Translations under genes and position numbers: made by a program
Notes under the pieces: model-generated
What the model was told of the DNA's origin: nothing
The model's database searches: none
The model's input: only the letters and a program-made list of their open reading frames with translations
In this document: piece by piece, positions 1 through 8,571 of the stretch
How positions within the stretch are numbered: position 1 is the first letter of the stretch
Layout: the number at the start of each line of letters is the position of its first letter
Assembly (NCBI GenBank): GCA_039934015.1
Contig: JBDTMY010000055.1
Span: 1-28,782, forward strand
Length of the DNA stretch: 28,782 nt
Direction: 5' to 3'
Origin: Chloroflexota bacterium
GTDB taxonomy: Bacteria; Chloroflexota; Limnocylindria; P2-11E

Positions 1-2
1 CG

Positions 3-65
3 GAGGACGGTACGCGCGTCGCACGCGTACACGTCCGCGTCACGTCCGCGTGCGAGCAGCTCTAA
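3..65 (+). CDS. 3' end of a gene truncated by the window edge (...EDGTRVARVHVRVTSACEQL*)
   Basis: Open frame from position 3 to TAA 63-65, converging on the RDD gene stop; too short to assign. Confidence 0.35.
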   Translation, partial: EDGTRVARVHVRVTSACEQL

Positions 66-68
66 GAG

Positions 69-503
69 CTACTTCGCCCGTACGACATAGGTGCTCGCGA
101 TCTTGTCGTGCCAGCCCTGCTTGTCGGCGTCGAACGCGACCCAGATGACGCCGATGGCGAAGCAGATGAAGGACACGAAGAGGCCGAGGTAGCGGATGAC
201 CGCCTGAGTCAGCGTGAGCGTCGATCCATCGGTGCGGATCACCTTGAGATCGAGGACGCGCATCCCGAGCGTTTGACCGCCACCCTGTGCCGACCAGAAG
301 TAACAGAAGTACGCGAGACCGATCAGAAAGCTGAGACCGTTCGACGTGGCGCCTGTCGGCCCACCACCCCCGATGATCGAGGCGACGATTCCCGAGACGA
401 TTCCGATACCGATCGCGTCGATGATGTACGCGAACGTCCGGACCCAGAAACCCGCCTTGTTCGTGGTTACCGCTACCGCGGTAGCTTCAGCCGCCATAGA
501 CAT
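69..503 (-). CDS. RDD family membrane protein
   Basis: GFWVRTFAYIID (R..D), GQTLGMRVLDLKV and KQGWHDKIASTYVV (HD) motifs; SD-like AAGGGGG upstream of ATG. Confidence 0.9.
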   Translation of the reverse strand: MSMAAEATAVAVTTNKAGFWVRTFAYIIDAIGIGIVSGIVASIIGGGGPTGATSNGLSFLIGLAYFCYFWSAQGGGQTLGMRVLDLKVIRTDGSTLTLTQAVIRYLGLFVSFICFAIGVIWVAFDADKQGWHDKIASTYVVRAK

Positions 504-560
504 TGACCCCCTTCTTCCGGCCCGAAGTCTAGATTCGTTAGCGAAGTGCTCCTAGTACGA

Positions 561-624
561 CCTTCCTACTGGCTGGCATGCCCTCATGGCAGGCACACTC
601 ACGCCAGCCAAGCAACGAGAAAGG
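561..624 (+). promoter_or_regulatory. Structured 5' leader of flp, partly overlapping the RBS
   Basis: TGGCTGGC 570-577 pairs with GCCAGCCA 603-610; inner TGCC/GGCA hairpin; CCTTCCT 561-567 can pair (1 mismatch) with AGAAAGG 618-624. Confidence 0.35.
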
Positions 625-634
625 GGGAACGTAA

Positions 635-787
635 ATGCTCGCATTCTTCCGCGAAGACGAAGGACAAGGCCTCGTTGAGTACGCGCTCATCATCGCAGTC
701 ATCGCCATCGCCGTCATCGTCGCGATGGTCTTCCTGCGGGGCCAGATCCAGAACATCTTCAGCAACATCGGCAACAACCTCACCTAG
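635..787 (+). CDS. flp: Flp family type IVb pilin (50 aa; absent from the ORF track)
   Basis: MLAFFREDEGQG|LVEYALIIAVIAIAVIVAMVFLRGQIQNIFSNIGNNLT: G|xxEY class III signal plus hydrophobic helix; SD AAGGGGGA upstream. Confidence 0.96.
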   Translation: MLAFFREDEGQGLVEYALIIAVIAIAVIVAMVFLRGQIQNIFSNIGNNLT

Positions 788-808
788 CTCGCACGAAGCT
801 GTCGATGC

Positions 809-840
809 GATGAGCGGCGCCCTAACCGGCGCCGCTCATC
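809..840 (+). terminator. Hairpin after flp (partial terminator or mRNA stabiliser)
   Basis: Perfect 13-bp stem GATGAGCGGCGCC/GGCGCCGCTCATC, 6-nt loop, followed by a weak ATCTTT tract. Confidence 0.7.
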
Positions 841-868
841 ATCTTTAGAGAGGGAGCACAGTTAGCAC

Positions 869-1393
869 GTGAGTCTTGAGGTCCTGCGGGTCATAGAGAA
901 CGTCACGCTCACCGCGCTCCTCATCACCGTCATGTACACGGACTGGCGCTTCCTCCGCATCCCCAATGTTTTCACCTATCCCGCGATGCTCGTTGGCATC
1001 GTCTTCGGCGTGCTCGAAGGCGTGCCAGGTGAGCTGTTCGTCAGCGGACTGGCGGACCACGTCGCTGCGCTCATCCTCGCTTTCGCGATCTCGTATCCGT
1101 TCTATGCCGCAGGCGGCCTCAAGGCCGGCGACGCCAAGCTCCTCATGGCGATCGGCGCGCTGCGCGGCATCAACTTCCTCCTCTATGCGGCGGTCTACGG
1201 TGCTCTGATCGGCGGCGTCCTTGCCGTCGGATTCATCCTGCGACGTAAGCTCGCCCGACCGGTCGCTGGCGCGGCTCCGAACACGCTCGCGGGGATCATG
1301 AAGTCTTCGATCCCGTACGGCGTCGCGCTTGGTATAGGCGGGCTGCTCGCGCTGGCCCTCGAGGCGACGGGCTACATACAGGTGACCGTTTAG
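869..1393 (+). CDS. cpaA: A24 family prepilin peptidase (CpaA/TadV)
   Basis: TDWRFLRIPN and GGLKAGDAKLL aspartate motifs; hydrophobic; directly after flp; GTG start. Confidence 0.93.
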   Translation: MSLEVLRVIENVTLTALLITVMYTDWRFLRIPNVFTYPAMLVGIVFGVLEGVPGELFVSGLADHVAALILAFAISYPFYAAGGLKAGDAKLLMAIGALRGINFLLYAAVYGALIGGVLAVGFILRRKLARPVAGAAPNTLAGIMKSSIPYGVALGIGGLLALALEATGYIQVTV

Positions 1394-1428
1394 ACTCGCG
1401 CGAACACCGCAAAGGGGAGCGATGACGG

Positions 1429-2694
1429 TTGGCTGACGGCGAAAAGATCCGCATCCTCATTGTCGACGACATCGCCGACACGCGAGAGAACCTCGCGAAA
1501 CTGATCGGGTTCGAGCCCGACATGGAGGTCGTCGCCACCGCGGGCGGCGGGCAGGAAGCCGTCAACATGGCCAAGCAGCACCGGCCTCACGTGATCCTCA
1601 TGGACATCAACATGCCGGACATGGACGGGATCACGGCCACCGAGATCATCTCGAACACCGTTCCCGAGTCGCCGATCATCATGATGAGCGTCCAGGGCGA
1701 GCAGGACTACCTCCGCCGCTCGATGCTCGCCGGCGCGCGCGAGTTCCTGGTGAAGCCGTTCTCCGCCGACGAGCTGATCAATTCGATCCGCCACGTCCAC
1801 GAGCTCGAGAAGGTGCGCCGGGCGCGCTATGCGCCGGTGGCGCCAGTCGCCCCGGTCGGCGGTCCGGCCGCCGCCGCGGCTGCGGGTCGCGATTACGGCA
1901 AGATCATCACGTTCTTCTCGCCCAAGGGCGGCGTTGGCCGCACCACGATCGCGACGAACCTCGCGGTCGCGCTGCACCAGATCACGAACAAGCCGGTGGT
2001 CCTCGTCGACGGCAGCCTGCCGTTCGGCGACATCGCCGTGATCCTCAACATGAGTCCGAAGGCGAAGACGATCGCGGACCTCATCGGGTCGTTCGAGACG
2101 GCCGACTCCGACGTCGTCGAGTCGATCCTCGTGCAGCACTCCACCGGCATCAAGGTGTTGCTCGCGCCGCCCACGCCCGAGTCGACCGAGCTCATCACCG
2201 GCGCCAACATGAAGCACGTCCTCGAGCTCCTGCGCGAGCGCTACGCCTACATCGTCGTGGACACCTGGCCGTCGTTCCAGGAGCAGGTCATCACGATGCT
2301 CGACGTCGCCGATGTGATCCTGACGCTCATGACCCTCGAGATCACCAGCCTCAAGAACGTCCGCGTCTTCATGGAGGTCGTCGAGAAGCTCGGCTACGAC
2401 GAGACGAAGGTGCAGCTGGTCGCCAACCGCAACGACAGCTCGGGCGGCATCAAGGCTTCGGACGTCGAGGCGAGCCTGGGCCGCAAGATCCCGCACACGA
2501 TCGTTTCCGACGGCCGGACGCTCGTCCTGGCCGTCAACCGCGGCGTCCCCTTTGTCATCAGCCACCGGGACAGCCAGGTCGCCAAGGACATCTTCGCGCT
2601 CGCTCAAAAGGTGGCCACTTCCGAAACGGCCCCGGCAGCGGCGGGCAAGCAGGCGCCCTCGCGCGGCGGACTCAAGCTTTTCGGAGCGCGTTAG
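1429..2694 (+). CDS. cpaE: Receiver domain plus ParA/MinD-like ATPase (CpaE/TadZ)
   Basis: REC motifs ILIVDD, LMDINMPDMDG, KPF; deviant Walker A SPKGGVGRTT; TTG start with GGGGAG SD. Confidence 0.92.
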   Translation: MADGEKIRILIVDDIADTRENLAKLIGFEPDMEVVATAGGGQEAVNMAKQHRPHVILMDINMPDMDGITATEIISNTVPESPIIMMSVQGEQDYLRRSMLAGAREFLVKPFSADELINSIRHVHELEKVRRARYAPVAPVAPVGGPAAAAAAGRDYGKIITFFSPKGGVGRTTIATNLAVALHQITNKPVVLVDGSLPFGDIAVILNMSPKAKTIADLIGSFETADSDVVESILVQHSTGIKVLLAPPTPESTELITGANMKHVLELLRERYAYIVVDTWPSFQEQVITMLDVADVILTLMTLEITSLKNVRVFMEVVEKLGYDETKVQLVANRNDSSGGIKASDVEASLGRKIPHTIVSDGRTLVLAVNRGVPFVISHRDSQVAKDIFALAQKVATSETAPAAAGKQAPSRGGLKLFGAR

Positions 2695-2696
2695 GC

Positions 2697-2810
2697 CCGA
2701 GAGGCTCGGCATTCGTCACCGCTCTGATCCCCCAAAAGAGCGGTCGGAATCCACTTAGGTGGACGTAGACTCAATCGCCGAGGGAGCAGGCGCCCGCCAT
2801 AACGGGAGCC
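2697..2810 (+). promoter_or_regulatory. Multi-hairpin intergenic region before cpaF (candidate cis-regulatory RNA)
   Basis: Stems ACCGCTCT/AGAGCGGT (2718-2744) and TCCAC/GTGGA (2750-2763), closed by CTCGGC/GCCGAG (2705-2710 with 2777-2782). Confidence 0.35.
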
Positions 2811-2814
2811 GGAG

Positions 2815-2829
2815 ATGAGGGTTTCTTAG
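2815..2829 (+). CDS. Candidate tetrapeptide uORF MRVS
   Basis: GGGAG (2804-2808), 6 nt, then ATG AGG GTT TCT TAG TAG ATG, in frame with and abutting cpaF. Confidence 0.35.
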   Translation: MRVS

Positions 2830-2832
2830 TAG

Positions 2833-4251
2833 ATGTCATTGCTTCGCCGCATCGAAGGTCAGCGTCCCGCCGGGCAGCAGCCCGCGGCTCCCCAAGCACC
2901 CGGCACGCCCCCGCCTCCGGGCGGCGGCCCGCCCAAGCCACCGTCCGAAGGACCCCTCACCCAGACCAGCTCGCCCGCGCGCGACGCCAACCGCGATGTC
3001 CGCATCAAGCTCCAGACACGGATCATCAACAACCTCGACCCTCGCCTCGACCTCGCGGACGCGAAAGCGGTCCGCTCGAGCATCGAGGAGATGTTCAACA
3101 AGTTCATCGACGAGGAAGGCGTGGTCGTCACGCGCGTCGAGCGCCAGAAGATGCTCGAGTCGATCCTCGACGAGATCCTCGGATTCGGTCCGATCGAGCC
3201 GCTCCTCAAGGACGACACGATCACTGAGGTCATGGTCAACGGCCCGTTCCGCTGCTACGTCGAGCGCAAGGGCAAGCTGCAGCTTTCCGACGTGACCTTT
3301 CAGAGCGACGAGCACGTCATGCGGATCGTCGAGCGCATCATCGCTCCGATCGGCCGGCGCGTTGACGAGTCGAAGCCTTACGAGGACGCGCGTCTCCCGG
3401 ATGGCTCGCGCGTGAACATCATCATCCCGCCGCTGGCGCTGAACGGTCCCGTCGTGACGATCCGAAAGTTCCCCAAGTACCGGATCACCGTCGAGGACTA
3501 CATCAAGTTCGGCACCGCGACCGCCGAGATGATGGAGTTCATGCGAGCCTGCGTCGAAGCCCGCCTGAACATGTTCATCTCCGGTGGCACGGGCTCCGGT
3601 AAGACGACCCTCCTCAACATCATGTCCGGCTTCATTCCCGAGGACGAGCGCATCATCACCATCGAGGACGCCGCCGAGCTTCGTCTCGTGCAGGACCATG
3701 TGGTCCGCCTCGAGTCGCGCGCGGCGAACATCGAAGGCAAGGGTCAGGTCTCGATCATGGATCTCGTCAAGAACTCCCTCCGTATGCGCCCAGAGCGCAT
3801 CGTCGTCGGTGAGATCCGTGGTGGCGAGGCGCTCTCGATGCTCCAGGCCATGAACACCGGTCACGACGGCTCGCTGTCGACCGGTCACGCCAACTCACCC
3901 CGCGACATGCTGGCCCGACTCGAGACGATGTGCCTCATGGCCGGTGTCGACCTGCCCGCGCGCGCCATCAAGGAGCAGATCGCGAGCGCACTCGATGTCA
4001 TCGTGCAGATCTCGCGCCTCAAGGACGGCTCGCGCAAGATCACGAACATCACCGAGGTCCAGGGCATGGAGGGCGAGCAGATCGTTCTCCAGGACGTCTT
4101 CGTCTTCGAGCAGACCGGTTATGTCGAGGGCAAGGTCCAGGGTCGACTGCGCCCGACCGGCATCCGACCGAAGTTCAGCGAGAAGTTCGAGGCGGCCGGC
4201 ATCAAGCTCCCGCAGGGCGTCTTCGGCGACATGTCCGTCGGACTCAGGTAG
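2833..4251 (+). CDS. cpaF: Tad pilus assembly ATPase CpaF/TadA
   Basis: Walker [47 protein letters not shown]; Pro-rich N-terminus. Confidence 0.97.
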   Translation: MSLLRRIEGQRPAGQQPAAPQAPGTPPPPGGGPPKPPSEGPLTQTSSPARDANRDVRIKLQTRIINNLDPRLDLADAKAVRSSIEEMFNKFIDEEGVVVTRVERQKMLESILDEILGFGPIEPLLKDDTITEVMVNGPFRCYVERKGKLQLSDVTFQSDEHVMRIVERIIAPIGRRVDESKPYEDARLPDGSRVNIIIPPLALNGPVVTIRKFPKYRITVEDYIKFGTATAEMMEFMRACVEARLNMFISGGTGSGKTTLLNIMSGFIPEDERIITIEDAAELRLVQDHVVRLESRAANIEGKGQVSIMDLVKNSLRMRPERIVVGEIRGGEALSMLQAMNTGHDGSLSTGHANSPRDMLARLETMCLMAGVDLPARAIKEQIASALDVIVQISRLKDGSRKITNITEVQGMEGEQIVLQDVFVFEQTGYVEGKVQGRLRPTGIRPKFSEKFEAAGIKLPQGVFGDMSVGLR

Positions 4252-5217
4252 GTGGAGTACGCCCTTCCCGCCGGGATGTTCGCCGGAGTCCTGTTCTTCT
4301 TCTGGGGCATCTCGACGATGCTCTCCGGCGGCGGCGCCGGCTCGGTCGAAGAGCGCATGGCGCGCTACGCCGGCGGCAAGACCGAGGTCAAGACCTCAGG
4401 CGGCGGGCGTCAGGCGCGTCAGCGCAACGTCGTAGACCCGTTCGCGACGCTGTCGAGCGACGTCCAGGACAAGCGCTTCCAGATCCGCGTCCAGCGCGAC
4501 CTCGCGCGCGCGAACCTCAAGCTGCGTGTCAGTGAGTACTACTCGATCCGCATCGGCCTGGCGGTCGGGCTCGGCCTGCTGCTGGGCGTGCTGCGCGACC
4601 CGCTTTCCGGTCTCGTCGGCGCGCTCCTTGGGTACTTCCTGCCGCGGTTCTGGGTGGGGCGGCGCATCGGCGGCCGGCTCTCCGCATTCAACAAGCAGCT
4701 CGCCGACACCATCACGCTCCTTTCGAACTCTCTGCGCGCCGGCTCGAGCTTCCTTCAGTCGATCGAGCTCGTGTCGCGCGAGACGCCCGATCCGATGGGT
4801 GAGGAGATGGGTCGCGTCGTTCGTGAGGTCAACCTCGGTCTCGGTATGGAAGAGGCGCTCTCCAACCTCGTTCGCCGCATCCGGAGCGACGACCTCGATC
4901 TGATGGTCACCGCCATCGGCGTGCAGCAGCAGGTCGGTGGCAACCTCGCGGAGATCCTCGACACGATCGCCTTCACGATCCGCGAGCGTGTCCGCATCAA
5001 GGGTGAGATCAACACGCTGACCGCGCAGGGACGCTATTCGGGCTACCTCGTGGCGTTCCTGCCGATCGGCATCATGATCACCCTGAACTTCATCAACCCT
5101 GAATTCATGCAGCCGCTCTTCACGCAGCTCATCGGTCAGATCCTGCTCGGTGTGGGCGGCGTGATGATGGTCATCGGCTTCATCGCGATCCAGAAGATCA
5201 CGAATATCAAGGTGTAA
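4252..5217 (+). CDS. tadB: Tad inner-membrane platform protein TadB (T2SSF domain)
   Basis: LSNSLRAGSSF, QQQVGGNLAEILD, RERVRIKGEINTLTAQGR; GTG immediately after the cpaF TAG. Confidence 0.95.
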   Translation: MEYALPAGMFAGVLFFFWGISTMLSGGGAGSVEERMARYAGGKTEVKTSGGGRQARQRNVVDPFATLSSDVQDKRFQIRVQRDLARANLKLRVSEYYSIRIGLAVGLGLLLGVLRDPLSGLVGALLGYFLPRFWVGRRIGGRLSAFNKQLADTITLLSNSLRAGSSFLQSIELVSRETPDPMGEEMGRVVREVNLGLGMEEALSNLVRRIRSDDLDLMVTAIGVQQQVGGNLAEILDTIAFTIRERVRIKGEINTLTAQGRYSGYLVAFLPIGIMITLNFINPEFMQPLFTQLIGQILLGVGGVMMVIGFIAIQKITNIKV

Positions 5218-5219
5218 GC

Positions 5220-6134
5220 GTGGAACCACTCGTCTTCGCCGGCCTCATGTTCTTCGGTGTCCTGGTCGTCTTCGTGTCGATGATCATCGGCGCCCAGCTC
5301 GATCCGGTGCAGGCGCGCCTCCAGCAGATCGCGGTCCGCCCGAGGACGCTGGAAGAGCTCGAGCTGCAGCGCCCGCTCTCAGAGCGGATGCTCAAGCCGA
5401 TCATCGCCGGGTTCTCTGGTCTGGTCGGCCGCTTCTATCCGCAGAACACGGTCCGCGGCCTCTCGCTGCGCCTGAAGCGCGCGGGCATGGAGACGACGAG
5501 CACGGAATTCTTCCTCGGCGTCAAGGGCTTCTCTTCGATCGTCGGCGGCGTGCTCATCTCCGGGCTGGTCAATGCCATCACCGGCGATCCGCTGCAGACG
5601 CTGATCGCGCTCATCGTCGGCATCATCCTCGGATTCATGGCGCCCGACTTCTATCTCTCGAGCAAAGCGGGCGGCCGCGCGAACGCGATCATCGAGCAGC
5701 TTCCCGACGCGCTCGACCTGCTCACGATCTCGGTGGAGGCGGGGCTCGGCTTCGATGCCGCGCTCGTCAAGGTCACCGAGAAAATGAAGGGCCCGCTGAC
5801 GGAAGAGTTCAAGCGCGCCTCGGGCGAGCAGCGCGTGGGCAAGTCGCGTCAGGAAGCCCTGCGCGGGATCAACGAGCGCGTCGAGGTCAAGGAGCTGCAG
5901 AACTTCATCTCGGCGATCATCCAGGCCGACCAGCTCGGTGTGTCGATGTCGAAGGTGCTGCGGATCCAGTCCGAGCAGCTTCGCCAGGACCGTCGCCAGC
6001 GCGCCGAGGCGAAGGCCGCACGCGCGCCGATCCTCATCATGCTGCCGACCGTCGGCTGCATCTTTCCGTCGCTGTTCATCGTCATCCTCGCGCCAGCCGC
6101 TCTGTCCGCGCTGTCCTCCTGCGGGTCCTTCTAA
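5220..6134 (+). CDS. tadC: Tad inner-membrane platform protein TadC
   Basis: LPDALDLLTISVEAGLGFDAAL, IIQADQLGVSMSKVLRIQSEQLR, RAEAKAARAP. Confidence 0.95.
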   Translation: MEPLVFAGLMFFGVLVVFVSMIIGAQLDPVQARLQQIAVRPRTLEELELQRPLSERMLKPIIAGFSGLVGRFYPQNTVRGLSLRLKRAGMETTSTEFFLGVKGFSSIVGGVLISGLVNAITGDPLQTLIALIVGIILGFMAPDFYLSSKAGGRANAIIEQLPDALDLLTISVEAGLGFDAALVKVTEKMKGPLTEEFKRASGEQRVGKSRQEALRGINERVEVKELQNFISAIIQADQLGVSMSKVLRIQSEQLRQDRRQRAEAKAARAPILIMLPTVGCIFPSLFIVILAPAALSALSSCGSF

Positions 6135-6497
6135 GTCCAGCCCCCGCGGCTTCGCGTCCTGAACAGCACCAAGGGCACTGTCCTCGCCTCCGACTGCCGC
6201 GTCGCTGATTCGTTCCTGTCGCGCGCCCTCGGCCTGCTCCCGCGCTCGAGCCTTCGGGCGGGTGAGGGCCTGCGCATCACCAAGACGTCATCCATCACGA
6301 TGTGGCTCATGCGCTTCGCGATCGACGCCGTGTTCGTGGACCGCGCCGGGCGTGTCGTCCGCGTCGCGGAGCGGCTTCCGCCATGGCGCATGGCCGTCTT
6401 CGCGCGCGGCGCCGCCGAGGTCATCGAGCTGCCCGCCGGCACCGCTTCCGCGACGCGCACGCAAGCCGGCGACGAACTCGTCTTCGAGCCCGCGTGA
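6135..6497 (+). CDS. DUF192 family protein (about 120 aa); start codon uncertain and apparently non-canonical
   Basis: LRVLNSTKGTVLASDCRVADSFLSRALGLL...EGL...MRFAIDAVFVDRAGRVV...VIELPAG...GDEL; resemblance begins about 50 codons before the first ATG (6300). Confidence 0.85.
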   Translation, partial: VQPPRLRVLNSTKGTVLASDCRVADSFLSRALGLLPRSSLRAGEGLRITKTSSITMWLMRFAIDAVFVDRAGRVVRVAERLPPWRMAVFARGAAEVIELPAGTASATRTQAGDELVFEPA

Positions 6498-7114
6498 TCT
6501 CCAAAGCGGCCGCGGACGCCGCGCTCGACCTGCTCCTCGCTCCGCGGTGCGCCGGTTGCGGCGTCGCGGGTAGCTGGCTGTGCCTGGAATGCCGTGACCT
6601 GTGCGAGCCGGTCCGCACCGGGCGCGTCACCGCGGCCGGGACGTACGGCGGGCCGCTGCGCGAAGCCATCCACCGCTTCAAGTACGGCGGCGAGCGCGCA
6701 CTCGCGAACGAGCTCGGGGAGCTCGTCGCCGCATGCCTCGCGAGCGACATCGCGACCGGCACGGCGCTGGATGTCGTCGTGCCCGCGGTGCTGCACCCGG
6801 ATCGGGCGCGCTCGCGTGGCTACGACCAGGCCTGGCTGCTCGCCGCCGTCGTCGCCGAGCGCACGGCGTTGCCGCTGCGCGTGCCGCTCCGCAGGATCCG
6901 TCCCGCCGTGCCGCAGATCACGCTCGACCGTGCCGCGCGCGCGGAGAACCTGCGCGGCGCGTACGTCGCGGAGGCCGGTGCGCTTCGTGGCGCTAGGGTC
7001 GCGCTGGTGGACGACGTCGCAACGACCGGGGCAACACTCGCGGCGGCGAGCGGCGCATTGCGGGCGGCGGGAGCGCGCGCCGTGCGCTCGTACGTCGTCG
7101 CGCTGGACGTATGA
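6494..7114 (+). CDS. comF: ComF family competence protein (zinc ribbon plus PRT domain)
   Basis: GTG overlapping the DUF192 TGA; CAGC...CLEC, FKYGG, RGYDQA, LVDDVATTGATL. Confidence 0.93.
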   Translation: MISKAAADAALDLLLAPRCAGCGVAGSWLCLECRDLCEPVRTGRVTAAGTYGGPLREAIHRFKYGGERALANELGELVAACLASDIATGTALDVVVPAVLHPDRARSRGYDQAWLLAAVVAERTALPLRVPLRRIRPAVPQITLDRAARAENLRGAYVAEAGALRGARVALVDDVATTGATLAAASGALRAAGARAVRSYVVALDV

Positions 7115-8571
7115 GCGAGCGCGTTGGCCTCGCGCGGTGGCAGATGCGTGGCCTCCTGCTCTTCGTCCTCGCGTTCGCCAACCTCAACGACATCTGGTCA
7201 CCCGACGTGCTGCCGAACGCGCTCTTCGCGTGGACCGTCGTGAATGAGCGCGATGTCGATTACGACGAGTTCGTCTTCCGGCCCGCGGAGCGCGACATCC
7301 TCGCGAACGCCACGCCGGCTGGGACCGCGCTGACCAACAAGCTCGACTCGGAGGCGTATTTCTTCCGCGCCTGCGGCGAGTCGACCGCCGTGGATGCTCC
7401 GGGGACGACCCGCAGTCCCGGCGGCCCACCGGCGCCGGGCCCGAACGACCACGTGTGCTCCATCTTCCCGCCCGGCATCGCATTCCTCGCGTTCCCGTTC
7501 TTCCTGCCCTTCGTGGCTGCCGGCGCGGAGCCACTGAACCTGGGACTGCTGGTGCGCGTCGGTCACGTCGCCGCGGCCACGATCGAGGTCATTGCCACGC
7601 TCCTGCTCTGGTCGGTGATGCGTCGCTTCGCGAGCGCTCGCTGGGCGCTCGCGCTCGTGCTGCTGTATTTCCTCGGCACCAGCGTGCGCACGATCGCCGC
7701 GCAGGCGCTCTGGCAGCACGCCGGCGTGCATCTCGCCATCGCGATCGCGCTGTGGCTGGTCTTCCTGCCGAGACCGGTCGCCCTCTGGCGTGAATTCGCC
7801 GCAGGCGTCGCGCTCGGCTTCGGCGCCGTGGTGCGTCAGACGACCGGCGCGCTCGTGCCGTTCGTGCCGGCGGCGCGCATCCGCGCGACGATCCTCGCGA
7901 TCGTCGGGGCCGCGATCGGGGTGGTCCCGCTGGTCGTGTACAACGCGGTGGCGTTCGGCAACCCGCTCGAGCAGGGGTACGGCACGAAGCCCTTCGACGC
8001 GTCACCGCTCGTCGGCCTGTATGGCCTGCTGCTCTCGCCGAGCCGCGGCCTCTTCGTCTACGAGCCATACATCCTCTTCGCCTTCGCGGCGATCGTCCTG
8101 TTGAAGCCGGGTCGGGATCACCTCGAGCTACGGCTGCTCTCGCTCACCTACGCCTGGGCGGCGACGGCCATCCTCTATGCGACCTACGCGGAGTGGTGGG
8201 GCGGGCGTGTGTTCGGCCCGCGCTTTCTCGACGACCTCGCCCCGGCGCTGTTCGTGCTCCTGGCGTGGGGTATCGGACACGGCCTGCTCGCGCGATGGCC
8301 CGCGCGCGCCGCGTTCTGGGTCTGCGCCGCGTGGTCCCTGCTCATCTTTCAGGCCGCCGCATTCGTGTACGACCAGAGCACCTGGGACCTGCACCCGACC
8401 AACATCAACGTCGATCCGTCGCGCCTCTTCGACTGGAGCGACCCGCAGTGGCTGTTCGTCCTGCGCAGCCTGCCCGAGGGCGGGGTCGGCGTGATCGTGG
8501 CTGCCGGCCTCACGGCCCTCGCGCTTCTCTTCCTGCTGCGCGTGGAGTCGGTGCTACCGTCCCGTCGGTGA
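7111..8571 (+). CDS. Polytopic membrane protein, GT-C/PMT-like glycosyltransferase
   Basis: Many TM helices; acidic first loop (SPDVLPN...DVDYDEF); FPPG, LWQH, LLSPSRGLFVYEP, WWGGRVFGPRFL; ATGA overlap with comF. Confidence 0.65.
   Translation: MSERVGLARWQMRGLLLFVLAFANLNDIWSPDVLPNALFAWTVVNERDVDYDEFVFRPAERDILANATPAGTALTNKLDSEAYFFRACGESTAVDAPGTTRSPGGPPAPGPNDHVCSIFPPGIAFLAFPFFLPFVAAGAEPLNLGLLVRVGHVAAATIEVIATLLLWSVMRRFASARWALALVLLYFLGTSVRTIAAQALWQHAGVHLAIAIALWLVFLPRPVALWREFAAGVALGFGAVVRQTTGALVPFVPAARIRATILAIVGAAIGVVPLVVYNAVAFGNPLEQGYGTKPFDASPLVGLYGLLLSPSRGLFVYEPYILFAFAAIVLLKPGRDHLELRLLSLTYAWAATAILYATYAEWWGGRVFGPRFLDDLAPALFVLLAWGIGHGLLARWPARAAFWVCAAWSLLIFQAAAFVYDQSTWDLHPTNINVDPSRLFDWSDPQWLFVLRSLPEGGVGVIVAAGLTALALLFLLRVESVLPSRR

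Noticed and set aside
30-51. Tandem 11-mer CACGTCCGCGT x2
   Set aside because: Only two copies, inside a probable coding tail; not a CRISPR array or VNTR
1422-1436. Mini ORF MTVG overlapping the cpaE start
   Set aside because: The SD is only 2 nt from this ATG and is better spaced for the TTG at 1429
1390-2712. Long antisense ORFs (e.g. 1390-2712, 2836-3888, 10382-11965, 11688-13628, 13665-15167, 22295-24064)
   Set aside because: Shadow frames of well-supported genes in high-GC DNA; no motifs or initiation signals
2726-2743. Minus-strand CCGCTCTTTTGGGGGATC resembling part of the c-di-AMP (ydaO) riboswitch
   Set aside because: Wrong orientation for the operon, and the other conserved segments (GGAGGAACC, CAGCTAACTCC) are missing
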